Source of the DNA: Sphingomonadaceae bacterium
Lineage (GTDB): Bacteria; Chloroflexota; UBA6077
Reading direction: 5' to 3'
NCBI GenBank assembly: GCA_050261575.1
Contig: JBLNDL010000078.1
Location: 1 to 64,000, forward strand
Length of the DNA: 64,000 bases
The stretch's first letter is position 1. Each line of letters starts with the position of its first letter. Positions 46,640 through 55,906 of this stretch are shown here, in pieces. The notes beneath the pieces are model-generated. The model had not been told where the DNA came from. It saw only the letters and a program-made list of their open reading frames with translations, and did no database searches. The position numbers and the translations under genes are program-made.

Positions 46640-48229
46640 TTGGAAGAGGGAAACACCCCGAGAGTGGGGATGGCGACTGCGGTCTTGCTCTCCGTGCTCC
46701 TGGTGGGAATAGCGGCCGCGTTGGGCTCGACGGGGGGATGTGGAAAAGCCGTGGCGCCGGCCGGACAGGCGCCCGCCGTCTATCTCGGAGCCTGGGTGGG
46801 GGAGAGGGTCAACGTGCCCGGGGAGGTCGACCGCTTCGAGGAAGCGATCGGGAAGCGGCTCGCCATCGTGCACCGCTACAGCGACAACCCTCCCTACAGA
46901 GGGCAGCGGTTCGACGTGGAGTGGGCGGACGCTGTCCGGAAGGCAGGATCGATCCCCATGCTGTCGTGGCAGCCCGGCTTCGGTTACGGCACGCGGAGTC
47001 TGGGCCAGGTAGCCCGGGGGGAGCGCGACGACTACCTCACCCTGTGGGCAGACCAGTTGCGGGAGTGGGGACATCCGGTCTTCCTTCGGATGATGTGGGA
47101 GCAAAACAGCCCCTGGTTCGGCTGGCAAGCCTACCGCGAGCCGCAGATATCGGAGTTCGTGGCGGCCTGGCGGCACATCGTGGACCTGTTCCGGACCAGG
47201 GGTGCCAACAACGTGACCTTCGTGTGGAGCCCCCACGTATGCGGCAGCGGGGCATCGGAGATCATGCCCACCTACCCCGGAGACAGCTACGTGGACTGGG
47301 TTGCGCTCGATGGCTATCCCTACCGGGGAGGGCGGGGTGACTTCGCCGACACCTTCGGGCCAGACTACGACTTGCTGTCGAGTCAGGTCTCCAAACCCAT
47401 CATGATAGCCGAGACGAGCCTGGAGTCCTGGAACGACGAGCAAAAGGCTAGCTGGATCAGCGACATTCTGAGCAACCAGCTTCCCAACCGCTTCCCTAAG
47501 GTGAAGGCGCTTGTGTGGTTCGAAGAGAAGGACACAGACGGGATCCATTACAGCATCCTGGAGGAGAAGGGGCCGCTCTCCAGGGCGGCATTCCGGGACT
47601 CCGTTTCCACCCACTACTACGCTTCGAATCACTACGGCGATCTGAGTGTCTCCCCGATCCCGCCTCCAGATTCGGCGAGGCTGCCGTCGATCGCGCACGG
47701 CTCGGCAGGCGGCCCGTCTTCCGTCGGGCCGCCTGCCCCAGTCTCGCCGACCACAGCCAACCTCCTAGTGGACCCGGGCTTCGAGTCCGCGGGGCCCGAA
47801 GGTGGACTCGACCCGGCCTGGGTGGTGCCCACGTGGGTATTGACCGTGGTGAGCCGAAACGGCGAGGCGGCGGCCTCCGGACTTCACTCTATGCTGCACG
47901 CCTCCGAGCGTGGCGAGTCCTACACGGTCTACCAGGAAGTGCCAGCGGAGGCAGGGGTGGAATACGACATCTCGGTGGCCCTTCGCATCGATGCCGCGCT
48001 GAGGCACGGCAAGGCAAACCTGGATATCCACTTCCTCAATCGGCACGGCGGACTAGTCGGAGCCAAGCCTGTTGCGACCTGGAAGGAGGGCGAAGGGGAC
48101 TGGACGAGGATATCTGGCAAGGTGAGGGCGCCAGGAGGCACGGCCAGAGCGCGAGTCCAGATTCGGGTCACCTCGCTGCGAGGGGCGTTTCGGCTGGACG
48201 ATTTCTCGTTTTCGCGGAGTCAGAGATGA
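46640..48229 (+). CDS. Secreted/anchored GH26 glycoside hydrolase with C-terminal CBM4/9-like module
   Basis: Hydrophobic N-terminus, RMMWEQNSPWFGW, WRHIVD, WSP, YPGDSYVDWVALDGY, PIMIAE; P/S linker; NLLVDPGFE. Confidence 0.88.
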   Translation: MEEGNTPRVGMATAVLLSVLLVGIAAALGSTGGCGKAVAPAGQAPAVYLGAWVGERVNVPGEVDRFEEAIGKRLAIVHRYSDNPPYRGQRFDVEWADAVRKAGSIPMLSWQPGFGYGTRSLGQVARGERDDYLTLWADQLREWGHPVFLRMMWEQNSPWFGWQAYREPQISEFVAAWRHIVDLFRTRGANNVTFVWSPHVCGSGASEIMPTYPGDSYVDWVALDGYPYRGGRGDFADTFGPDYDLLSSQVSKPIMIAETSLESWNDEQKASWISDILSNQLPNRFPKVKALVWFEEKDTDGIHYSILEEKGPLSRAAFRDSVSTHYYASNHYGDLSVSPIPPPDSARLPSIAHGSAGGPSSVGPPAPVSPTTANLLVDPGFESAGPEGGLDPAWVVPTWVLTVVSRNGEAAASGLHSMLHASERGESYTVYQEVPAEAGVEYDISVALRIDAALRHGKANLDIHFLNRHGGLVGAKPVATWKEGEGDWTRISGKVRAPGGTARARVQIRVTSLRGAFRLDDFSFSRSQR

Positions 48230-49008
48230 AGGTGGCGATTCTGTGCGGCGGCAAGGGCACGAGGCTGCAGGAGAAGACCGAGTCGATCCCCAAACCGCTA
48301 ATTGAGATCGGCGGGAGGCCGATCCTGTGGCACATCATGAAGCTGTACTCCCACCACGGCTTCAACGACTTCGTGCTCCTGCTGGGATACAAGGGCGAGA
48401 AGATCAAGGAGTACTTCGTGGACGGCGACCGCTGGAGACGCCACAACTTCACCCTGGTCACGGCGCCGGGGGCCGAGCCGCAGATCGAGTACCTGCACCG
48501 GGACTCAGAGGAGTGGCGGATCACCTTCGTGGATACCGGACTGGAGACCAACACCGGCGGCAGGATCAAGAAGGCACAACCCTACATCGAAGGTGCCACC
48601 TTCATGGCCACCTACGGCGATGGGGTCGCCGACATCGACCTGCAAGCGCTTGTGAGCAGCCATCGGAGTCACGGCAAGATGGCCACGGTTACCGCGGTGT
48701 CCCCGCTGTCGCAGTTCGGGATCCTGCGCGTCGACGACGATGGGGCGGTGACGCAGTTCGTGGAGAAGCCCAGAATGAGGGAGTGGGTGAACGGCGGCTT
48801 CTTCGTCTTCGAGAGAGCCGTGTTCGACTACCTCGAGGAGGACTCCATCCTGGAGCGGGAGCCGCTGCAGCGCTTGGCGGAGGAAGGGCAGATCCACGCC
48901 TACCGCCACACCGGATTCTGGGCCTGCATGGACACCTACAAGGATGCCGTGACCCTGGACAACCTGTGGAATACGAGGCAGGCGAAGTGGAAGCTCTGGA
49001 AGGATTGA
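48226..49008 (+). CDS. rfbF: Glucose-1-phosphate cytidylyltransferase
   Basis: ILCGGKGTRLQE, PKPLIEIG, TNTGGRIK, TYGDG, NGGFFV, GFWACMDT. Confidence 0.93.
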   Translation: MKVAILCGGKGTRLQEKTESIPKPLIEIGGRPILWHIMKLYSHHGFNDFVLLLGYKGEKIKEYFVDGDRWRRHNFTLVTAPGAEPQIEYLHRDSEEWRITFVDTGLETNTGGRIKKAQPYIEGATFMATYGDGVADIDLQALVSSHRSHGKMATVTAVSPLSQFGILRVDDDGAVTQFVEKPRMREWVNGGFFVFERAVFDYLEEDSILEREPLQRLAEEGQIHAYRHTGFWACMDTYKDAVTLDNLWNTRQAKWKLWKD

Positions 49009-49010
49009 CG

Positions 49011-50018
49011 GTGGCGATTCGGAGACGGGGGGCGATCTCGTCTGCCCTCGGTGTCCTCCTCCTCGCGGCAAGCTTATCCGCGGGGTGCGACTCCGGAGCT
49101 CCGTCCCGAGAGGTGGCCCTCAGGGCAACAGTGGAGGCCCTCAGAGACGAACTGAGCCAGGCGAGAGCGGCGACTCCATCTCCGCCTCCTGAGGCAGCCG
49201 CAAGAACCCCAACGCCGTCCGTTGCCGAACCGGTCACCTTCGTCGCCAATCAGCCCTCTGCACAGAAGGAGTGGTGGGTGGCCAACCACCGGGCAACCAC
49301 CCTCTGGTCAGAGAGTTCCGGCGGGAAGGTGCAGGCCATCGTGCCCCAGTGGAGCTACTTCCTCGTGATGGAGCCCCAAGTGGGGAGCAGACTCCATCTG
49401 TTCCACCCCGGCGGGCAAAGAAACGGCTACGTCGGCGATGGCTGGGCGGAGGCGGTGGATTTCGGGCCTGTGGGGCGCCCGCCAGTGGGAGCGATCGACG
49501 CCTCAACCCTGCCCAGGGAGAAAGCACCGACGCCCACCCATGTGGTGCCGAGACCCACACCGCAGTCTGGGTCGAGTTCGCGGCTGCTGAATTGGCAGGA
49601 GGTGAACGAGAGATCCCAGGAAGGGGATCTGGAACTCACCGCCAACGCCGTGCTGCTGGGTCAGGAGAGCTACGGCGGGCCGTACGGGTCCCGCATCACG
49701 GCGGACGCGAGCACGAAGATCCTCCTCGTGGATCTGACCCTGCGCCGCGTCTTCCAGCCGGGGGTGCCGCAGTACGAGATCCACGTCGACTTCTTCGTGG
49801 TTGGCGATCCCGAAGGCAAGGAGTACCGAGGGCTTCCGGTGCCCATCAGCAACGCGCTACCGGACAGGTTCTTCCTTTCACCCGGCCAGAGCTTCCGGGG
49901 GATCGTGGCCTTCCTCGTCCCGAAGGATCTCCATGCCGGAAGGCTCTACTTCACCAATTTCCTCGGGGGGAAGGACCCGCCGGAACGGCTGACTGTCTAC
50001 CTGAAGAGCGTCCCGTGA
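49011..50018 (+). CDS. Putative lipoprotein with C-terminal Ig-like (DUF4352-like) domain
   Basis: RRR + hydrophobic + LSAGC lipobox; P/T-rich linkers; LSPGQSFRGIVAFLVP; start 49005 or 49011. Confidence 0.7.
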   Translation: MAIRRRGAISSALGVLLLAASLSAGCDSGAPSREVALRATVEALRDELSQARAATPSPPPEAAARTPTPSVAEPVTFVANQPSAQKEWWVANHRATTLWSESSGGKVQAIVPQWSYFLVMEPQVGSRLHLFHPGGQRNGYVGDGWAEAVDFGPVGRPPVGAIDASTLPREKAPTPTHVVPRPTPQSGSSSRLLNWQEVNERSQEGDLELTANAVLLGQESYGGPYGSRITADASTKILLVDLTLRRVFQPGVPQYEIHVDFFVVGDPEGKEYRGLPVPISNALPDRFFLSPGQSFRGIVAFLVPKDLHAGRLYFTNFLGGKDPPERLTVYLKSVP

Positions 50019-50073
50019 ACGGTCGGAGCCGGAGGGCTTCCACCTGTCTGCCCTCCGGCACGATGACCAACCT

Positions 50074-50127
50074 GTAACACCCCTCCTTGCACCCGTTCAG
50101 AGAGAATTCACAGGCCGAGCCTAGACT
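50074..50127 (+). promoter_or_regulatory. Direct-repeat promoter, site F
   Basis: GTAAC(50074)..TTCAG(50096)-N6-TTCAC(50107)-N10-TAGACT(50122). Confidence 0.65.
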
Positions 50128-50314
50128 CGCCCCATGGGCCGCTGCTCATTAACGCGGTTGCCGACGCCTGGCCGTCGGTTCAATTGGGCACATCACAGGC
50201 GCCCGCAGAGGTGGCCCCGGCGGTTTGACAGCGATTCGGCGAGGCAGCCGTTCACCGAGAGTATCGTGGGGCCCCCGTCGCTGGCCCGATCGTTACAGGC
50301 AGGAGGGTGACTGG

Positions 50315-53300
50315 ATGATGAACGCGAGGAACCAAGGCCGAATCGTGGCGTTGGCCGCGGTCTGGGCGGTGATGGCGGCGCAGTTCGTCGCGAGCACGGC
50401 GCTCGCCGCGCCAGCCCCGCCGCAACTCAGTTCGCCCGACACCAACGTCACGGTGGACACGCTATCGCCTACGCTCAGTTGGCACCCTTCGACGGAGGCA
50501 CAAACCTACGTGGCCGAAGTGGCGGACAATCCGAGCTTCAACAGTCGCCAATCCAGCCCTTGGAGCGCAAGCCTGAGTTTCACGCCCGCGCTCACGGGCA
50601 ACTCCACCTGGTACTGGCGGGTCAAGGCGTCGGGACAGTCCGGCACCAGCGACTACTCGGAGACCCGCCACCTCTGGACGAAGCCCACTCTGTCCGCCCC
50701 TGCCGACGGGGCAGCGGTCAGCGTGACGCCGAAGCTGGACTGGGTCCAGTACAAGACGCGAGGCAGCCTCTCCGATCCCACTCGGCGATACAGGGTGCAG
50801 ATCGCCTCCGATGCGGCCTTCGGAACGATAGTCCTGGACCAGACGATCGACGGCTCGGGTTGGGGATCCAATACGTTCACGGTTCCACCGCCGGGCCTCG
50901 CCCCCGGCCACACCTACCACTGGCGGATCAGCGTATCCAGCGACGACGGGGCGAGCGGTTGGTCGGATGCCCGACGTTTCTTCGCCGGACCGCCGTCGCC
51001 CGCAACTCTGACCGCACCCGCAGACGGTGTTCTGCTCGACAACTGGAGGCCGACGCTCACCTGGACCCCAGCGGAGGGCGCCACCAGCTACAGGGTCCAC
51101 TACGTCAGGACTGGGAGCACCGAGAGGACCTCCGGTGACCTCACGACCACCAGCTTCGTGCTTGACACCTTCTGGGGTGGCGACTCCACGGCGGAGTCCT
51201 CTACCTACGAGTGGTGGGTCGAGGCAAAGAACGTCAACGGCAGCACCTCATCAGCTCACTGGACGTTCCACACTCCAGCTCGAGCCACACCCCCGACACC
51301 TGAGCTGCTGGCCCCGGCCGACGGTGCCACCGTCGCTGGGCTTGTGCCGGCGTTCGATTGGAGCGACACCACCCACACCAAGAACTACAAGATCCAGGTA
51401 GGCACCGGTGCGACTCCTTACGGGATCACCGGGCAGGTGGCAGGCCCCACCGTCACCGATTCCAACTACAGCTATCCCGAGGCGGACTACGTCAGCATCT
51501 GGCCACTGGAATACAACACCACCTACTACTGGCAGGTGACGGCCATCTCGATCGGATACATGACCGCCAGCAGCCCGATCCGGAGCTTCAGGACTCCGCC
51601 CCCGCCCGGCCCGAGCCTCGTCGAGCCGGCCGACGGCAGCACCCTTCCGGACGGAGTATTGAGGCCCACCCTCTCCTGGGGCTCCGAGGCCGGGGCTCAG
51701 AGCTACCAGGTGGAGCTATCCACCAACCCCACCTTCACCCCGCCACTCGTCGCGCAGGAGACGATCGATGCGGCGTCGGGAAGCTCGCTAACCCTCGCCG
51801 TCGACCTGGATTACGACGCCCTCTACTACTGGCGGGTGAGATTCGTCGATGGAAAGGGAGCGAGCAACTGGTCCGCGGCGTGGAGCTTCCGGGGTCCGCC
51901 GCCGCCCATTCCCTTCTCACCTAGTCTGATCACTCCAGGGTCGCCCTCCCTGGACAGCCCTCCCTCGATCGCGGGCTTCCGGCCCATCTTCGACTGGAGC
52001 GACCAAGGGGGCGCCACCTACTACGGGTTCCAGTTGGCGCGTGACGCACAGTTCACATCCAAGGTGGTGGACCTGTCGGTCGAGCCGGGGCTGAGTAGCT
52101 CCAGCTACACCCTCGACACCGACCTGTCGCCCTCCACGGTGTACTACTGGCGCGCCTTCGCGGCCAACAGGACGGGCACGAGCCCCTGGTCGAACAGCTT
52201 CGCGTTCGTCACACCGCCGCCTCCTCCTGTGGCGCCGACGCTGCTTACGCCGGCCCGCAACAGCCAGATAGCGGTGCTCAAGCCCCACTTCGACTGGAGC
52301 GATTCGCCCGGCGCGACCAGCTACACCTTCGAGCTGTACGCCGACTCCTGGCGAAGCACTCTAGTGGAGAGCGCCACCGTGCAGGCGTCGGAGTACGACG
52401 CCGTTGCGGATCTGACACCGAACACCATCTACTACTGGCAGGTCCGAGCCGCCAACGAGACGAGCGGCGCGGGTCCCTGGTCCAGCTTGAACTCGTTCCA
52501 GACCCCACCGGCGCCGGCGCCAGCGAAGCCAGCCCTGGTGGCGCCCGAAGACGGCGCCACGGTGGACACACTGCTGCCGACGCTGGATTGGGAGGACGAT
52601 CCCAATTCCGGCAACTACTCCATTAGCTACAGAGTGCAGTTGTCGGAGAACCCCCTCTTCTCCGGCACCCTGGCCGCCAATCAAGTTGTTCCCGGGTCTT
52701 CGTACACCCCGGCGAGCTGGGCGCCGCTCAAGAAGGGAACCACCTACTATTGGCGGGTACAGGGGATCAACGGAGGCGTCAACGGCGAATGGTCGGACAG
52801 CCGGAGCTTCCTGACTCCGACCCTGCCGGGCGTCCCGTCGCTGGCCGATCCCGCCAACGGGACCGCTCTCGACACACTGACCCCCACCCTCAGCGTTTCC
52901 CCAGTGGCGGGAGCCACCGGCTACGAGGCTCAGGTCTCCACCGCCTCTTGGTTCCCGTCAGGGACCTCGACTGTCGTGGTCCGAAGCTCGTCACCACTAC
53001 TGTCGGTGACCAACTCGCTGAAGTACGGCACCACCTACTACTGGAGGGCCCGGGCAGCCAATGCCGCGGGACAGAGTAACTGGTCCAGCTACTGGACGTT
53101 CGCAACTCCTCCGCCGCCCCCCCCGCCAGCGGCGCCGACCCTGCTACAGCCGACAGACGGGGCGCTCGTTGGAAGCGCCCGGCCAACGCTCGACTGGGAC
53201 GACGTGCCGAACGCAACCAAGTATCGGGTGGAGTGGTCCAAGTCTTCCACCTTCCAGTGGACCGAGGCCTCACGGGACAACCTTACCCAGTCGACTTTCA

Positions 53301-55813
53301 TCCTGGACGTGGACCTGGAGTACGACAAGCAGTACTACTGGAGGGTGAGGGCAACCGGCGACGGAGGTGACGGTCCCTACTCCGCGATCTACGGCTTCCG
53401 GACACCTGCTGGGCCTCCCGCCGCTGTCACGCTGCTGGCGCCGGAGAACAGTGGGGTCGCCGATAGCCCCCTGCAGAGGTTCGACTGGGCTGACTCCCTC
53501 GGCGCGGAGAGCTATAGATTCCAGATCTCGACGGACTCGACCTTCCTGGAGCCCCTCGTCGTCGACGAGACGACGACGGCCTCGGAGTTCACACTTGTCT
53601 CGCCTCTGGCAGCCAACACCTCCTACTTCTGGCGTGTGGCAGCCCGCAACGGCGTTGGTGACGCCCCATGGTCGGAGACATGGAGCTTCACCGTGCCCGA
53701 GGCACCCGAGGCCGTCAGTCCACTGTCCCCCGCCCAGGGGGAACTGCTCGCGACCTTGAGGCCCGTCCTTACGTGGGATGCCGCGGACCGGGCGGCCTAC
53801 TACGAGGTCAGGTACGCCAGGAGCACCGCCTACGGGGACTGGGTCGAGCCCGTGAGGGTGGTTGGCACATCCTTCGCCGTGACGGTGGCCTTGGTCCGAG
53901 ACGCCGACTACTCGTGGCAAGTGAGAGCGGTCAACGGCGGAGGAACCGGCCCGTGGTCGCCCGTCCGCACCTTCCACACTCCACTGAGCGCCGCCGAACC
54001 TCCAACCGCGCCCAATCTCTTGGCGCCTGCGGACCAGGAGACGCTCACGACGGTAACTCCCACCTTCACGTGGGATGCCTCTCTTGAGGCCAACGGCTAC
54101 CACCTGCAGGTCTCTACAGACTCAGGTTTCGGGGCAGGCGTGCTGGACCACTTCACTTCAGCCACAAGCCTTGCTCTCGCAACCCCGCTGGACTATTCCA
54201 CCACCTATTACTGGAGAGTCCAGGCCACGAACAATCTCGGCACGACCAACTCGGTGACGCGCAGCTTCACCACGCCGGCACCGCCCGCCCCACCGGCCCC
54301 CAGCCTGGTTCTACCAGAGGATGGGTCGACCGTTTCGTCGTTGGTCCCGACTTTCGACTGGACGGATGACTGGGAGGCCAGACGATGGACTAGCGGCTAC
54401 AGGCTGCAGATATCCACAACGCAGGATTTCGGGAGCTTCGTGTTCAACAACACTGTGCAGGGCGGCTCCGAGTTCGTCTTGCCCTCGTGGGTGCGCCTGA
54501 GCCACAGCACCTCCTACTACTGGCGAGTCCAGGGCTTCAACAACGCCGGATCGGGCGATTGGTCTGCCGTGGCCGGGTTCAGGACTCCCGATCCGCCCCC
54601 CGCACCGACCGCACCGATCCTGGTGGCACCAGGAGGGCTGGACGCCGCCAATCCAACGGTCGTCGACAGCTTGAAGCCAAGGTTTACCTGGCAGCCATCT
54701 AGCGATGCGGCCAGCTACCGGATCCAGATCTCGAAGAACGCCCAGTTCACTTCGCTCCTTGTTAACGCGACCACCAACTCCACGGAGTACGCCTTTGAGT
54801 GGCAAACGCTTACCAAGGGCGCCCAGTACTGGTGGAGGGTGCAGGGCGTGAACCACGTGGGCGCCGGCGACTGGTCCACCGTCTTCACCTTCAAAGCTCC
54901 CACCGTGCCCGCCGTTCCGACGCTCGTCGAACCAAGCAACGGCGCCAAGGATGTCTCTGCTAGCCCGGTCCTCGATTGGTCGGACGTGGACGGAGCAACC
55001 GGCTACCTGCTGATGGTGGGAACCAACACCTGGTTCGGCACCAAAGTGATAGACACGACGGTAAGTGGGACCTCCAGCTACACACCAACCGCTGCCCTCA
55101 CACCCGGCACCTACTACTGGAAGGTGGCGGCAACCAACGGGGCGGGCACCAGCAACTGGTCCCCCACCTGGAGCTTCACCGTCCCAAGCGGGACCACCCC
55201 TCCCCCAGGAGGAGATCCGGCAGGACCGACGCTCCTGTCCCCAGGAGGCCCCGACCGTGGCACCGTGGAGACTATCGACACCCTGAAGCCCGCGTTCAGT
55301 TGGACGCCGGTGGAAGGAGCCACCAGCTACCGGATCCAAGTATCCCGGAACGTCGGCTTCACGATGCTTGCTGTCAACACCACCACCAGCGAAACCAGCT
55401 ACTCAGCCCCATCGTGGGTCAGCCTGTCGAAGGGAACCCGGCACTGGTGGAGGGTGCAGGCCATCGGAAGCGCCGGCACCGGCCCGTGGTCCACCCTCTT
55501 CACCTTCACGACTCCGTCGATACCGGGCGTGCCAACCCTCGTCGCCCCCGTCGGAGGCGCGACGGCGAGCAGCCTGACCCCGACCCTGGATTGGGAGGAC
55601 GTGGCAGGCGCCACCAGCTACCGTGTTCAAGTTGGGACGAACCCGTGGTTCGGCACCAATGTTGTAGACACCAACGTGACGGGCGCGTCGAGCCACACCC
55701 CAGCCAGCAACCTGGCACCGGCGAAGACCTACTACTGGCGGGTCAACGCGAGCAACGTGGCGGGCACCAGCAACTGGTCAGCGACCGGCAGCTTCGTCAC
55801 ACCGTCGCCGTAA
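50315..55813 (+). CDS. Large secreted protein of 18 tandem FN3/Ig-like repeats
   Basis: SD AGGAGG, signal peptide ending ALA; 18 units of about 100 aa P-x-L-x-x-P...P.F.W...Y..Q...YYWRV.A.N..G...WS....F.TP. Confidence 0.9.
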   Translation: MMNARNQGRIVALAAVWAVMAAQFVASTALAAPAPPQLSSPDTNVTVDTLSPTLSWHPSTEAQTYVAEVADNPSFNSRQSSPWSASLSFTPALTGNSTWYWRVKASGQSGTSDYSETRHLWTKPTLSAPADGAAVSVTPKLDWVQYKTRGSLSDPTRRYRVQIASDAAFGTIVLDQTIDGSGWGSNTFTVPPPGLAPGHTYHWRISVSSDDGASGWSDARRFFAGPPSPATLTAPADGVLLDNWRPTLTWTPAEGATSYRVHYVRTGSTERTSGDLTTTSFVLDTFWGGDSTAESSTYEWWVEAKNVNGSTSSAHWTFHTPARATPPTPELLAPADGATVAGLVPAFDWSDTTHTKNYKIQVGTGATPYGITGQVAGPTVTDSNYSYPEADYVSIWPLEYNTTYYWQVTAISIGYMTASSPIRSFRTPPPPGPSLVEPADGSTLPDGVLRPTLSWGSEAGAQSYQVELSTNPTFTPPLVAQETIDAASGSSLTLAVDLDYDALYYWRVRFVDGKGASNWSAAWSFRGPPPPIPFSPSLITPGSPSLDSPPSIAGFRPIFDWSDQGGATYYGFQLARDAQFTSKVVDLSVEPGLSSSSYTLDTDLSPSTVYYWRAFAANRTGTSPWSNSFAFVTPPPPPVAPTLLTPARNSQIAVLKPHFDWSDSPGATSYTFELYADSWRSTLVESATVQASEYDAVADLTPNTIYYWQVRAANETSGAGPWSSLNSFQTPPAPAPAKPALVAPEDGATVDTLLPTLDWEDDPNSGNYSISYRVQLSENPLFSGTLAANQVVPGSSYTPASWAPLKKGTTYYWRVQGINGGVNGEWSDSRSFLTPTLPGVPSLADPANGTALDTLTPTLSVSPVAGATGYEAQVSTASWFPSGTSTVVVRSSSPLLSVTNSLKYGTTYYWRARAANAAGQSNWSSYWTFATPPPPPPPAAPTLLQPTDGALVGSARPTLDWDDVPNATKYRVEWSKSSTFQWTEASRDNLTQSTFILDVDLEYDKQYYWRVRATGDGGDGPYSAIYGFRTPAGPPAAVTLLAPENSGVADSPLQRFDWADSLGAESYRFQISTDSTFLEPLVVDETTTASEFTLVSPLAANTSYFWRVAARNGVGDAPWSETWSFTVPEAPEAVSPLSPAQGELLATLRPVLTWDAADRAAYYEVRYARSTAYGDWVEPVRVVGTSFAVTVALVRDADYSWQVRAVNGGGTGPWSPVRTFHTPLSAAEPPTAPNLLAPADQETLTTVTPTFTWDASLEANGYHLQVSTDSGFGAGVLDHFTSATSLALATPLDYSTTYYWRVQATNNLGTTNSVTRSFTTPAPPAPPAPSLVLPEDGSTVSSLVPTFDWTDDWEARRWTSGYRLQISTTQDFGSFVFNNTVQGGSEFVLPSWVRLSHSTSYYWRVQGFNNAGSGDWSAVAGFRTPDPPPAPTAPILVAPGGLDAANPTVVDSLKPRFTWQPSSDAASYRIQISKNAQFTSLLVNATTNSTEYAFEWQTLTKGAQYWWRVQGVNHVGAGDWSTVFTFKAPTVPAVPTLVEPSNGAKDVSASPVLDWSDVDGATGYLLMVGTNTWFGTKVIDTTVSGTSSYTPTAALTPGTYYWKVAATNGAGTSNWSPTWSFTVPSGTTPPPGGDPAGPTLLSPGGPDRGTVETIDTLKPAFSWTPVEGATSYRIQVSRNVGFTMLAVNTTTSETSYSAPSWVSLSKGTRHWWRVQAIGSAGTGPWSTLFTFTTPSIPGVPTLVAPVGGATASSLTPTLDWEDVAGATSYRVQVGTNPWFGTNVVDTNVTGASSHTPASNLAPAKTYYWRVNASNVAGTSNWSATGSFVTPSP

Positions 55814-55906
55814 CGCACATCGGCTAGCGGGGCAGGAGGTCGTTCCCTGCCGGGCAGTCTGGTTCCGCAGAGTGACCGGCGAGTCCGCCCGCTAGTCAGG
55901 CATGGG

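Noticed and set aside
50460..55810. Periodic nucleotide repeats (e.g. TACTACTGG) suggestive of an array
   Set aside because: They encode the YYW motif of protein repeats about 300 bp apart; not CRISPR or a DGR, and no cas or reverse transcriptase gene
55834..55895. CTAGCGGG...CCCGCTAG inverted repeat after the FN3 gene
   Set aside because: Single short stem with a large loop and no U-tract; not distinguishable from chance at this GC
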